Positions 19,489-29,184 of a stretch of 29,184 bases of DNA are shown here, one piece after another. The number at the start of each line of letters is the position of its first letter. Positions within the stretch are counted from its first letter, which is position 1. Under the pieces are notes generated by a model. It saw only the letters and a list, made by a program, of their open reading frames with translations, did no database searches and was not told the origin of the DNA. The translations under genes and the position numbers were made by a program. The stretch is taken from assembly GCA_041496385.1 (NCBI GenBank), contig JBGQEL010000047.1, positions 1 to 29,184 of the forward strand. Reading direction: 5' to 3'. Source of the DNA: Candidatus Methylomirabilia bacterium (lineage in GTDB: Bacteria > Methylomirabilota > Methylomirabilia > Rokubacteriales > CSP1-6).

Positions 19489-20537
19489 CCTGCCTCCGGA
19501 TAGCTTCGCACCCGCACGCCCGACTCGTTGTCGAACACGTGATACCGCTCGAGGGTGAGCCATACCGGATCTCCGGTCCTGAGGTTCGCGTCGCCGGCGA
19601 CCTGGGCGTGGACCTCGTGGTCGCCCACGTGGATGCTGAGGATCGTGGCGTTGAACATGGGAAGGCTCACCTTGCCGCCGATGACTCCACTGATGCTCTC
19701 CGCTCGCTCCTCTCTGGACACCTCCAGATCCTCGGGACGCACCCCCACGCGCACGTTCCCCAGCCGCTGCCCCTCCGCCATGTATCGCGCGTCGATGAAG
19801 CTGATGGGCGGCGTACCGATGTGCCGGTTCAAGAAGCCGGCCACAAAGACGTTCTCGGGTCGATTGTAGATCTCCTCGTATGTTCCAGCCTGCTCGATGC
19901 GGCCTCGATTCATGATGGCCAGGAGATCGGCCAGGATCAATGCCTCGAAGTGATCGTGGGTCACGTACACCGTCGTGATGTTGAACTGCCTCAGCAGGAT
20001 CTTCAGGTTGACGCGATACTTCTCGCGCAGAGCCTGGTCCAGGCTGGAGAAGGGCTCGTCCAACAAGAAGAGGGCCGGCTCTCTCGTGATACAGCGGCCC
20101 AGGGCCACGCGCTGCTTTTCACCACCGGAGAGCGTAGCCGGCTTGCGATCCAGGAGATAGGCCAGCTCCACCCCCATGAGCTCGCTGGTTCGCTGATACT
20201 TGGCCCGGGCCAGCGCGTCCAGCTCCGGTGTCTTCTTCCTGAACAGGAAGTACGACATGACGTTCGTCCGTGCGGTCAGGTGGGGATAGAGCGCGTAGTG
20301 CTGAAAGATCATGCCGATGCCGCGCTCGCCGGGGGGCACGTCCTTCACGTCCACATCGTCGCATCGCACCTCACCCGAGTCCGGTGAAATCAGTCCGGCG
20401 ATGATCTTCAGGAGCGTGGTCTTGCCGCACCCGCTGGGGCCCAGGACAACCATGGTCTTGCCATCGGGAATCCTCAGATTCAGATTCCGGATGGAGAATG
20501 CCGGCTTGCAGACGTCGATCAGATCAATCCGTGCCAT
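19485..20537 (-). CDS. MalK/UgpC-type ABC transporter ATP-binding protein
   Basis: Walker A GPSGCGKT, FQHYALYPH, LSGGEKQR, FLLDEPFS, YVTHD and a C-terminal GVRPED/TOBE-like region. Confidence 0.93.
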   Translation of the reverse strand: MARIDLIDVCKPAFSIRNLNLRIPDGKTMVVLGPSGCGKTTLLKIIAGLISPDSGEVRCDDVDVKDVPPGERGIGMIFQHYALYPHLTARTNVMSYFLFRKKTPELDALARAKYQRTSELMGVELAYLLDRKPATLSGGEKQRVALGRCITREPALFLLDEPFSSLDQALREKYRVNLKILLRQFNITTVYVTHDHFEALILADLLAIMNRGRIEQAGTYEEIYNRPENVFVAGFLNRHIGTPPISFIDARYMAEGQRLGNVRVGVRPEDLEVSREERAESISGVIGGKVSLPMFNATILSIHVGDHEVHAQVAGDANLRTGDPVWLTLERYHVFDNESGVRVRSYPEAG

Positions 20538-21531
20538 GACCTTCACCAAGAACCTCGAAGGACCGAGGCGCGAGAAGAAGGTAGCTGAGCAACCAGCCCG
20601 TGACGCCCGCGAGCATGACCGATCCGGTCCAGACGTGAACCGACCAGGCGATCCCCTCCGTCAGAAGCAAGGCCAGGAAATAGCAGATGTAGAACGCGGC
20701 CGGGACGACAAACGCGAACAGCCGAAAGGCCGCCGGTCGCCCGGCCGCGGGACGCAGGAGAGCGTACAACACGTCGGCCGCGAGCCCGGCCGCGGTCGCG
20801 GCCACCACCAGCGTCAGCGGATAGCCCCCGTGGGCATCGAGGAACCCCATCGCCGTGGCGTTGAGCGCGATGATCAGCGTGAGCACCCCCGGCGGCGCCG
20901 TCCAGAACCGAACGAGGAGCAGGATCGTCCCCATGAGCAGCGCCGTCTGCAGCAGGATGGCCGCCACGCCCATCGACTCGGAGCCCCCGTACGGATGGGC
21001 CGCGCCCGCGGCCGGATACACGAGCGGATGCGCGTACAGCGTGAAGAACGTCAGCAGCGAGAGCGTCAAGGTGAGAGCGATCGAGGTCGGCCCCAGGGCC
21101 ACCCATCCGGACCGGGGCCCAGGCGATCGCGCCGCCGCACGGACCGGCCCACCGACAATCAGCCCCATGCCGAGCCCCAGCGTCAGGTGCGTGGGGCTGA
21201 GGAGGCCCTCGACGCCGACTTCGATACCAAAGAAGATGTGCCATACCATGTCGGCGATCCCGCCGATCGCGAACACCAGCGCGCCGAGGAGCGACAGCCC
21301 ATAGCCCGGTGGCAACGCCCGCCGCCACGGGCTGCCCCGCCGGCGGTTCCTCAGAAGGAGCGCGACGAGAACCGCCGCGACCGCCGCGTAGCCGGCGTAG
21401 AAGACGGCGTGCCACGGCGTGAAAAAGGATTGATCCACCCTCCCGTGCGTGTGGGCCCATCCATCCAGGAAGAGCCCACCGACAAACACCGTCGACAGCA
21501 CACTCATCGACCAGTCCAGTCCGAGACCCAT
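20524..21531 (-). CDS. Polytopic membrane protein with duplicated D-x3-H...P-x-H motifs
   Basis: About 10 hydrophobic segments; motifs DGWAH...FTPWH and DMVWH...LSPTH; CAGGAGG RBS before ATG 21531. Confidence 0.85.
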   Translation of the reverse strand: MGLGLDWSMSVLSTVFVGGLFLDGWAHTHGRVDQSFFTPWHAVFYAGYAAVAAVLVALLLRNRRRGSPWRRALPPGYGLSLLGALVFAIGGIADMVWHIFFGIEVGVEGLLSPTHLTLGLGMGLIVGGPVRAAARSPGPRSGWVALGPTSIALTLTLSLLTFFTLYAHPLVYPAAGAAHPYGGSESMGVAAILLQTALLMGTILLLVRFWTAPPGVLTLIIALNATAMGFLDAHGGYPLTLVVAATAAGLAADVLYALLRPAAGRPAAFRLFAFVVPAAFYICYFLALLLTEGIAWSVHVWTGSVMLAGVTGWLLSYLLLAPRSFEVLGEGHGTD

Positions 21532-21962
21532 GGTCGGCCCCTCCTGGCTTCTCGCCGACACTTCCGGCGGCGCCGCGATCGACGACAGGCTAGACGAAGG
21601 CGCCTGCGTGGGCAAGCGGTGGGAATGCGGGTACCCGCCCACTGCCAGAGCGAGAACTATGGTGCTATTCTTCCGCTGTGCCGTCTCCTCGACCCCGTGA
21701 TGCTTCGTGAGCGACTCGAATCGGGGCTGCGGGTCCGCGAACTGACCGCGTTCAAGCTCCGGTAGAAGCCGCCCCTACTCCTCCCGGTCGAGCGCCTCGC
21801 GCACTTTGACGGCGTGAACCGCCCCGGGTTTCATAGAGGCTCGGGTTATCGGGAGACGGCCGCCAAGGCTGGGGTCCCCTGATGGACTACCATGTTGACC
21901 GGCCCGCCTCGCCGCACTAGGCTGGTCCGCGTCGCTCCCGGTGGCTGGCTGGAGGGCTCCCC

Positions 21963-24900
21963 ATGCACTGTCCGCGGTGTCAGCACATACCGCCCGCCGA
22001 CGCCGAGTTCTGCCCCGAGTGCGGGGCGCGACTGGGCCTCGTGTGCGTCCACTGCGCGGCGGAGAACGACGCCGGCCACAGTTTCTGCAAGAAGTGCGGC
22101 CAATCGCTCGCCGGCGGCCCCACGGCCCCCCACGCGTATACGCCGCCACACCTGGCGCAGAAGATCCTGACCCGGCGAAGCGCCATCGAGGGCGAGCGCA
22201 AGCAGGTCACCGTGCTCTTCTGCGATCTCTTCGACTCCACCACCCTCGCCGAGCAGCTCGGTCCCGAAGCGATGCACAGCCTGCTGAACCACTTCTTCGA
22301 GCTGACTCTGGCCGAGATCCATCAGTACGAGGGGACGATCAATCAATTTCTCGGCGACGGCTTCATGGCGCTCTTCGGCGCGCCGCTGGCGTACGAGGAT
22401 CACGCTCGGAGGGCGGTGCTGGCCGCCCTCGGCATCCGCCGTGCACTCGGCGAGCGCCACGCAGACTTCGGGGTCGAGCTGGCCGTGCGCATGGGCCTCA
22501 ACACCGGTCCCGTCGTGGTGGGAAAGATCGGCGACAACCTCCGCATGGACTACACGGCGATTGGCGACACGACGAACGTCGCCGCCCGCCTGCAGCAACT
22601 CGCCGAGCCCGGCATGATCCTCGCGAGCGAGTCCACACGGCGCCTGGCGCAGGGCTACGTGCGCTTCGAGACGCTCGACCCGCTTCACCTGAAGGGCAAG
22701 GCCATGCCGGTTCCGGCCTTCCGCGTCCTTGGCCCGGGGCCACGGCGATCCCCGCTCGACCGGGTCGGGGAGCGCGCGCTCAGCCCATTCGTGGGGCGCG
22801 GCGCCGAGCTCGACAGTCTGGATCGCGTCCTCGAGCGGGCGGAACAGGGACGGGGCCAGATCGCTTCGATCGTGGGCGAGCCGGGCATGGGCAAGTCACG
22901 CCTCCTGCTCGAGTTCCGCCAGCGGCTGGCCGGCCGGCCGATCACGTTTCTCGAAGGGCGCTGTCTCTCCTACGGCAGCTCCATCCCCTACCTCCTGATT
23001 CTCGACGTGCTCCGGAACACCTGCGGGGTCGCCGAGACCGACACGCCAGACACGACGGCCGGGAAGGTCCGCGCCGGGCTCGATGACGTCGGGATGGATG
23101 CCGACGCGGCGGTCCCATATCTTCTCCATCTGCTCGGCGTGAAGGAGGGCGCGGATTCGCTGCCCACGCTGGGCCCGGAGGTCATCCAGGCGCGCACCTT
23201 CGAGATCCTCCGCGAGCTCACGCTCCGCGGGAGCCGGCGGCGCCCGATCATCTTCGCGCTCGAGGATCTGCACTGGATCGACAGGTCCTCGGAGGAGTTC
23301 CTGGCCTGGCTCGCCGCGAGCGTGCCCGAAATGCCGTTCCTGCTCCTGTCGACCTATCGTTCCGGCTATCAGCCGCCCTGGATGGCCACGCCGGGCGCGG
23401 CCCTCATCACGCTCGAGCCGCTATCGCGCCGCGACAGCCTGACGGTGATCGAGTCCCTCCTGGAGACGTCCATCCTGTCGGCACCGTTCGCGGAATCGAT
23501 CCTCGGCAAAGCGGAAGGCAATCCCTTCTTCCTCGAAGAGCTTGTGCGGGCCGTCGCAGGCCAGGGCGGCGTGGCGCCCACGCTGGCCATCCCCGACACC
23601 ATCCAGGGCGTGATGGCGGCGCGGATCGACCGGCTGTCGGATGACGCGAAGCGTCTTCTCCAGATGACCTCCGTCCTCGGTCGCGAGTTCTCGGCGCGTT
23701 TGCTCTCGCGGCTCTGGGAAGGACCGGGCGCGTTCGAGCCTCATCTGTACCAGCTCGTCCGCCAGGAGTTCCTGCGGGAGCAGCCCGGCACCGTCGAGCC
23801 CGCCTACCTCTTCGGACACGCGCTCATGCAGGAGAGCGTTTACGCGAGCCTCCTCGAGGCGCGGCGGCGCGACTACCACCTGGCGGCCGGAATCGGCCTC
23901 GAATCGCTCTACGCCGGTCGCCTCTACGAGGCGGCGGAGCTTCTCGCCTACCACTTCGGACGCAGCACCGACGCCGCGCGGGCCGTCGACTACGCGATCA
24001 TGGCCGCCGAGAAGGCGCAGCGGGGCTGGGCGAACAGCGACGCGCTCGCCCACTTCGACGCCGCCCTCGAGCGTCTCGGCTCGATGCCCGACACGCACGC
24101 CAACCGCCTCCGCCGAATCGACGCCGTCCTGAGGCAGGCCGAGGTTCGGTTCGCGCTCGGCCGGCACGCCGAGCACATTCAAGCGCTGGAAGGGATCCGG
24201 AGTCTGGTGGACACCGCAGCCGATCCGCGGCGTCGCGCGACCTGGTGTTACTGGAGCGGCCTCATGCACAGCCTGACCGGCGGACGCTCGGAAGTCCCCA
24301 TCGCGTACTGCCTGGAAGCGGTGACGATCGCCGATGCGGGGGGCTTCGACGATATCCGCGCCTATGCCGACTCCTGCCTGGCCCACGTCTACATCGCCAC
24401 CGGCGATCTTCGGGGGGCCATGGCGTCCGGCGAGCGGGCGCTCGCGTTCTTCGAGGCGCGCGGCGACGTCTGGTGGGCCTGCCGCACGCTGTGGAACCTC
24501 AACACGGCCGCCCTCGGCCTTGGGCAGTGGCGGAAGGGCCTGCAGTACGGTCGCCGGGCCCTCGAGAACGGTCAGGCGGTGAACGACGTCCGCTTGAAGG
24601 TGGTGGGTTGGTGGCGAACGGGCTCCGCCCACATCCACGGCGGGGAAATCGAGGCCGGCTTGCGGTGTTGCGAGGAAGCGCTGGCCCTGGGCCCCGGCCC
24701 CTTCGACGCGGCCATGGTCCGATGCACGCGCGGCTACGGCCTGATCAAGGCCGATGACCCGGCGACGGGCACGGCGGAGCTCGCGGAGGCGGTGCGGTGG
24801 TTCGAGGGTGCCGGGCTTCCGTACTCGCGCGCGTGGTTCGGCCTCTGGCTCGCGGAAGGCTATCTGCGTCAAGGCGACGCAGGGCGGGCTCGGGCCCTGC

Positions 24901-25238
24901 TCGAAGGCATCGTCAGCACCGCGCGCGAGTCCGGGTATCGCCGGATCGAGGGCCTGGCGCTCCGGTTGCTCGGCGACGCCCTTGCGATCGAGGAGCCCGC
25001 CGTGGCCGCCAACCACCTCGAGGCGGCCCGGCGAATCCTCGACGACATCGGCGCGCGCGGCGAGCTCGCCAAGACCTTGGTCACCCTGGCGTCCCTGCGG
25101 CGAGTCGCCGGCGACCGTGCGGAAGCGCTCCGGCTCCTCGAGCGCGCACTCGCGACGTTCGAGGAGCTGGGCAGCCTGGACGAGTCGCCGCGGGTGAGGG
25201 CCGCGCTAGCCGACCTCGAGGGCCAGCAGCCGGGCTAG
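21963..25238 (+). CDS. Double zinc ribbon / class III adenylate-guanylate cyclase / AAA ATPase / TPR protein
   Basis: Four CxxC pairs; ERKQVTVLFCD, FLGDGFMALFGAP and GDTTNVAARL; GEPGMGKS, LEDLHWID and GNPFFLEE; helical TPR-like C-terminus; GGAGGG RBS. Confidence 0.95.
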   Translation: MHCPRCQHIPPADAEFCPECGARLGLVCVHCAAENDAGHSFCKKCGQSLAGGPTAPHAYTPPHLAQKILTRRSAIEGERKQVTVLFCDLFDSTTLAEQLGPEAMHSLLNHFFELTLAEIHQYEGTINQFLGDGFMALFGAPLAYEDHARRAVLAALGIRRALGERHADFGVELAVRMGLNTGPVVVGKIGDNLRMDYTAIGDTTNVAARLQQLAEPGMILASESTRRLAQGYVRFETLDPLHLKGKAMPVPAFRVLGPGPRRSPLDRVGERALSPFVGRGAELDSLDRVLERAEQGRGQIASIVGEPGMGKSRLLLEFRQRLAGRPITFLEGRCLSYGSSIPYLLILDVLRNTCGVAETDTPDTTAGKVRAGLDDVGMDADAAVPYLLHLLGVKEGADSLPTLGPEVIQARTFEILRELTLRGSRRRPIIFALEDLHWIDRSSEEFLAWLAASVPEMPFLLLSTYRSGYQPPWMATPGAALITLEPLSRRDSLTVIESLLETSILSAPFAESILGKAEGNPFFLEELVRAVAGQGGVAPTLAIPDTIQGVMAARIDRLSDDAKRLLQMTSVLGREFSARLLSRLWEGPGAFEPHLYQLVRQEFLREQPGTVEPAYLFGHALMQESVYASLLEARRRDYHLAAGIGLESLYAGRLYEAAELLAYHFGRSTDAARAVDYAIMAAEKAQRGWANSDALAHFDAALERLGSMPDTHANRLRRIDAVLRQAEVRFALGRHAEHIQALEGIRSLVDTAADPRRRATWCYWSGLMHSLTGGRSEVPIAYCLEAVTIADAGGFDDIRAYADSCLAHVYIATGDLRGAMASGERALAFFEARGDVWWACRTLWNLNTAALGLGQWRKGLQYGRRALENGQAVNDVRLKVVGWWRTGSAHIHGGEIEAGLRCCEEALALGPGPFDAAMVRCTRGYGLIKADDPATGTAELAEAVRWFEGAGLPYSRAWFGLWLAEGYLRQGDAGRARALLEGIVSTARESGYRRIEGLALRLLGDALAIEEPAVAANHLEAARRILDDIGARGELAKTLVTLASLRRVAGDRAEALRLLERALATFEELGSLDESPRVRAALADLEGQQPG

Positions 25239-25786
25239 GGGTGCGCGACTTCCCGCTGGAACTGGATCTCGACGACCATCCAGAACATTCCCTTGCCCAC
25301 CCCATCGAACGGCTCGTCGATCCCCGGCACCGTGCCGCCGGTCGTGCAAGCCTGCTTCTTCACCTTGGTGATGACCGGAACCATGTTCGCGGTCACCGTG
25401 ATCCCGAGCTCGGCAAAGAGCGGGCGGATGTAGGCCGTCTGGGCGATGAACGTGCTGAGGGCGTTGGCCCGGTTCTGGGTGTTCACGAAACGAAAATCGG
25501 TGAACGATGTGTCGCAGCCCTTCAGGAGCTGGAACGTCGACGGAATGGTGAAGACAGCAGCCGCGAGCTTTTCCGGTTGCAGGACCCGCTTGTAACGAAG
25601 GTAGACGGCGCCGTGCCTGGCGAGGGGCGTGACCAGGTCGGTCTCGTGCGGGTCCATGACGAAGATGCCCTCGACCTTCGGCCCCACGATCGCCACGTTC
25701 TCGGGGCGGGGCGGGGGGCTTCCGCCGCCCCCCATGAGCAGGGGCGCCAGCGCGACCACGGTCAACGTCAACACTGTTCGCTTCAT
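25235..25786 (-). CDS. Secreted hypothetical protein
   Basis: GGAGGG RBS, signal peptide (MKRTVLTLTVVALAPLLMG) and two Cys. Confidence 0.75.
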   Translation of the reverse strand: MKRTVLTLTVVALAPLLMGGGGSPPPRPENVAIVGPKVEGIFVMDPHETDLVTPLARHGAVYLRYKRVLQPEKLAAAVFTIPSTFQLLKGCDTSFTDFRFVNTQNRANALSTFIAQTAYIRPLFAELGITVTANMVPVITKVKKQACTTGGTVPGIDEPFDGVGKGMFWMVVEIQFQREVAHP

Positions 25787-25838
25787 AGTCTCTTCCCTCC
25801 GGAAGGTCTCGTTCGGGTGAGCTTCACGGAGATCCTCG

Positions 25839-26036
25839 TCACGCAGACCGGGAGCGCAGGCGGACCAGCGCGATCGAGGCGTCGAGCGCGTACCAGGTGG
25901 CCAGGAACGCCAGACATTCCAGGGTGAAGCTGTGGAACTTGTAGAACAGCTCCGCGATCACGAAGGACGCGCCGAGCGCGGGGAGCTGTTCCCGGAGGAG
26001 GGTCGTTGTCGGGAGCACGCGGATGAACGAGTACAT
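25839..26036 (-). CDS. Small membrane protein (65 aa)
   Basis: GGAGGG RBS before ATG 26036; hydrophobic VIAELFYKFHSFTLECLAFLATW. Confidence 0.75.
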   Translation of the reverse strand: MYSFIRVLPTTTLLREQLPALGASFVIAELFYKFHSFTLECLAFLATWYALDASIALVRLRSRSA

Positions 26037-26049
26037 GGTCCCTCCAGGG

Positions 26050-28947
26050 CTAGAGTTGGCGGCGATACATCCCGCGGCCGAACGTGGCCGCATAGAGCAC
26101 GTTGGCGCCGAGGTCGAGCGTGAGGTCGCTGACGATGCAGCTCGGGAGCCCCTCGTCGAAGCCATGCCACGCCACGCCGGCGTCCGTGGTCCGGAACACG
26201 CCGACGTCCGTACCCACGTAAAGGACGTCGGCGTCGTCGCGATCGATCTCGAGGGCGTTGGCCGGGATGTCCGGCAACGGGACCAGCGCCGGGACGCCGA
26301 CCCCGACGCCGTCGATCCGCTGCCAGCTCCATGCCCCCGTGTGATCCGAGCCTCGAAAGATGTGGCCAGGGAATGCGGGCGTCGCGGCATCGAAGCCGCT
26401 GAACGTCGCGTAGACGATCTTCGCGTCGCTCCGGTCGACGGCCAGCCGAGTCACGCTGCGCCCCGGGAGAGGCGCCCGCGAGATCTTGATCCAGCTCGCG
26501 GGCGGGTTACCGGCGCTGGTGCTGACGTGGATATCGCCCGCCTGCGTGCCCGCATAGACGACGCTCGGGTTGCCGGGAGCGACCGCGATCGCGGACACGA
26601 TCGCGCCGAGGTCGTTCGTCGCCCGCGCCCACAGGCCGGCCCCGTTGGCGGTCTTGTACACGAAGGTGGTCCCGGTGTAGAGCACGCGGTTGGCGACCGG
26701 GATGGACGCCGTCGGATCCATCGCGATGACGCCGATCCATGGCAGGCGGTCACGGCGGTCGATGCCGTTGTCGGCCGCGCTCTGAACGCCGGAGCCAACG
26801 CGCTTCCAGATGATGAGCCCGTCACGGTCGTAGTAGCGGAGGGTCGGGTCGGCCGGGTCGACGACGTACTGACCGCCGTCGCCGCCGAGCAGGCGAGACC
26901 AGTACAGGTCGCCAGCGACGCTCTCGAGGACGCCGCCGTCCTGGGCGCCACCGCCGAGCAGGGGCGCGCTCCCGCTCCCGACTCCGGCGTCGTAGAACTC
27001 GGTGATGACCAGGCCGTCGCTCCTCTTGTGCCAGGTGTCGCCGCGGTCGTCGGAGCGATACACGCCCCCGTCGTTGGCCACGTACACGACGTCCGGGGTC
27101 GCGGGATCCGCCACCAGGGCGTGCTGATCCGCGTGGAGCGCGGTCGTCTCCGTGTCGCTCCCGGTCCCGTTGACCGGCTTCCAGGCGGTGCCGGTGTTGT
27201 CGCTGCGCTCGAGCGAGACCCCGCCGGCAAAGACGGTATCCGGCGTGGTGGGGTGAACGGCGAGCAGCGAGCACCACGAAACGTAGGTGTCGCCCCCCCG
27301 ATCGCCGCGATCCACGAAGCGGGCACCGTTGACACTGCTGTAGACGGTGGTGCCGAACTTCGCGTACACGACATTCTTACCGGCGCCGGCGGCCACCGCC
27401 ACGTTGACGATGGTGCCGGTGGCGTGTGGCGCCGGCAGACCGTTCGCCACAAGCGTCCAGCCCGGCGCGCCGCCGACAGGCTCCCCGCCCGTGACGGTCT
27501 TGCAGACGCCGCTGTCGCTCTGCCCGGCATAGAGCGTGAGCGGATCGGACGGGTCCATCGTGAGACTTCGGTAGTCCCCCACCCTCTGTAGCGTCCAGGC
27601 CGCTCCGCCGTCCGTCGACTTATAGAGACCGCCGAGAAATGCCGCGACGTACACCGTCTGGGGCGCCGTGGGGTCCACGACGATCGCGGCGATGCCGCGA
27701 GGAGGACGACCGCCCGGGGGGGCCAGGATCCCCGTCAGCGCCCACTGGAGTCCGCCGTCAGTGGACTTCAGCACGCCGATTCCAGGGTACGTGACCCTCT
27801 CCTTGTCGACGGGCTCACCCGTGCCCGCGTAGATCGTCACCGGGGCCGTCGGATCGTTCGGGTCGGTCAGGTGGACGGCCAGGGCACCGATGCTCGGGCA
27901 GTCGACATCGTCCATCAGCGCCATCCACGTCTTGCCGCTGTCAGACGTCTTCCACACTCCCCCGTTGCTGGCTCCGGCGTACACGATGTCGGCGTTCGTA
28001 GGGTGGATGGCGAGGGCGCTCACCCGTCCGTTGAAGTTGCGCGGGCCGAGCGACTCCCAGGACAGGCGCTCCTGCTCCTGCTCGCCCACGAGGTCCACCT
28101 CCGGACCGTCCAGGAGCGTGACGGACTCGCGAGCCAGACACCGATCGCAAGCGCCCCCGAGGAATCCGCCGGGATACGCCGGCAGGCCGATCGCGCGGAG
28201 CTCCTGGGCGCTGCGCGTGAGAGGCCGCAGCCTCGACTGCGGACAGAGGATCAGCCGGCAGATCCGATGCGCGATGGCGGGGCCGATCGCTCGAAGGGCG
28301 TGCAGCCAGGGACGCAACCGGTTCGCGACGCGCACCGTCTCCCGGATCCACGGATTAGCCGACAGGCCGACCACCCCGTAGATCCCGGGACGCGTGATCC
28401 GGGCGTGCACGGCGCGGCGGTGCGAGTCTGGGCCGGAAGCCCGTACCAGGCGGAACCGCCGCTGCGCGGGATCCCAGCGGAAGAGCCGCAGGCTGGCGAC
28501 GTCAATCTCGTGGCGCCGGATGACCCCCGTATCCACCGGGATGCGCAGGAACGCCGGCCCGGGTACGGCCTTCGCCTCGACGAGGCGGCTGGCGAAGCCG
28601 AAGCTGCCGCGCGGTTGCGGGTTCTTCACGCGGCGGAGCCCGATCCTTTGCCCGTCTGGAGTGACGCACTTTGCGGCCGACCCGCTCGACGCGACCGGGA
28701 ACGCCGAGGCCGGAGCCTCCCGCTCCAGGCGGGCTCGCGCCAAAAGCTCGATGCGCTGCCGCCGGGCGCGCGTGAGAGCGTCGGATGGCAAGTCGGAGAG
28801 CCCGGGAAAAGCCCGCCTGCCGATGAACCACCTCGATCGCTCCAGCAGGGCTTTCCCCTCGCTCTCGCGGTCGGGCGCGTCGGGGCGGCCATCCTCCGCC
28901 CGTGAGGGGCGGGTTGGGGTCCGATCGGATCGTCGCGATCTCATCAC
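26050..28947 (-). CDS. BNR/Asp-box repeat beta-propeller protein (VPS10/GH74-like) with an extra N-terminal region
   Basis: WESLGP...GRVSALAIHP, repeated Asp-boxes (KTSDSGKTW, KSTDGGLQW, RSDDRGDTW, RTTDAGVAW), LHADQHAL and a terminal LYAATFGRGMY. The exact start is uncertain. Confidence 0.88.
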   Translation of the reverse strand: MMRSRRSDRTPTRPSRAEDGRPDAPDRESEGKALLERSRWFIGRRAFPGLSDLPSDALTRARRQRIELLARARLEREAPASAFPVASSGSAAKCVTPDGQRIGLRRVKNPQPRGSFGFASRLVEAKAVPGPAFLRIPVDTGVIRRHEIDVASLRLFRWDPAQRRFRLVRASGPDSHRRAVHARITRPGIYGVVGLSANPWIRETVRVANRLRPWLHALRAIGPAIAHRICRLILCPQSRLRPLTRSAQELRAIGLPAYPGGFLGGACDRCLARESVTLLDGPEVDLVGEQEQERLSWESLGPRNFNGRVSALAIHPTNADIVYAGASNGGVWKTSDSGKTWMALMDDVDCPSIGALAVHLTDPNDPTAPVTIYAGTGEPVDKERVTYPGIGVLKSTDGGLQWALTGILAPPGGRPPRGIAAIVVDPTAPQTVYVAAFLGGLYKSTDGGAAWTLQRVGDYRSLTMDPSDPLTLYAGQSDSGVCKTVTGGEPVGGAPGWTLVANGLPAPHATGTIVNVAVAAGAGKNVVYAKFGTTVYSSVNGARFVDRGDRGGDTYVSWCSLLAVHPTTPDTVFAGGVSLERSDNTGTAWKPVNGTGSDTETTALHADQHALVADPATPDVVYVANDGGVYRSDDRGDTWHKRSDGLVITEFYDAGVGSGSAPLLGGGAQDGGVLESVAGDLYWSRLLGGDGGQYVVDPADPTLRYYDRDGLIIWKRVGSGVQSAADNGIDRRDRLPWIGVIAMDPTASIPVANRVLYTGTTFVYKTANGAGLWARATNDLGAIVSAIAVAPGNPSVVYAGTQAGDIHVSTSAGNPPASWIKISRAPLPGRSVTRLAVDRSDAKIVYATFSGFDAATPAFPGHIFRGSDHTGAWSWQRIDGVGVGVPALVPLPDIPANALEIDRDDADVLYVGTDVGVFRTTDAGVAWHGFDEGLPSCIVSDLTLDLGANVLYAATFGRGMYRRQL

Positions 28948-29139
28948 CGTGTGAATCCGATAGCCATCGCGTCTCCGCCCTGGCAGGCTGCGCTGAGCCT
29001 AGGCGCGACCTCGGAGAGTGTCAAGCGCGGCGTCTTCCGTCTGACGGGCGTCGACCGCAGAGGTGGAGAAGTGTCGATCCGAGCAGCACGCGTCCCCTCC
29101 GGCGCGAAGGGGGGGATGGTGTGACCTAGCGGAAAAACC

Positions 29140-29184
29140 TGGTGGGCAGGGACGGGATTGAACCGCCGACACCAGGATTTTCAG
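29140..29184 (-). tRNA. tRNA-Phe(GAA), 3' portion; 5' end lies beyond the window
   Basis: The reverse complement reads CTGAAAATCCTGGTGTCGGCGGTTCAATCCCGTCCCTGCCCACCA: anticodon loop CT-GAA-AA, T-loop TTCAAT and an encoded CCA end. Confidence 0.93.

Noticed and set aside
25235..29184. Genomic island integrated at tRNA-Phe
   Set aside because: No integrase and no duplicate of the tRNA 3' end were seen in the window. An old island cannot be excluded, but there is no direct support.

Overview
High-GC bacterial chromosomal segment. The zinc-ribbon/adenylate cyclase/AAA/TPR protein, many PAS kinases and small secreted proteins suggest a soil lineage such as Rokubacteria/Methylomirabilota, but this is inference only. 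From left to right: a partial RND (AcrB-family) transporter, two lipoproteins, a deletion-riddled M20 amidohydrolase pseudogene, PAS-PAS-GAF and hybrid histidine kinases, a decayed DUF2236-like gene, rlpA, an HpaB/HpaC-type two-component aromatic monooxygenase, mgsA, a GNAT, several small proteins, 3-hydroxyanthranilate 3,4-dioxygenase, a divergent four-gene operon (SDR, OsmC-like, FlK-type thioesterase, NAD-dependent epimerase), recQ, an orphan MalK-type ATPase with a His-motif membrane protein, the adenylate cyclase/AAA/TPR protein, a BNR beta-propeller protein and the 3' part of tRNA-Phe. The main result is that the OsmC-like gene appears to be a selenoprotein. Its apparent TGA stop (15896-15898) sits at the family's second catalytic Cys (R-U-P-L-Y-R-T) and is followed by a bacterial SECIS-like hairpin, and the frame continues to a TAG at 15964. 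This operon and the dioxygenase gene are driven by back-to-back promoter-like elements whose -35 boxes overlap an 18-bp inverted repeat. Other points of interest: a 26-aa ORF carrying the RNase HII signature, a membrane protein with duplicated PmoC-like D-x3-H...P-x-H motifs, and recurring near-leaderless gene starts. All calls come from reading the sequence by eye; no searches were run.
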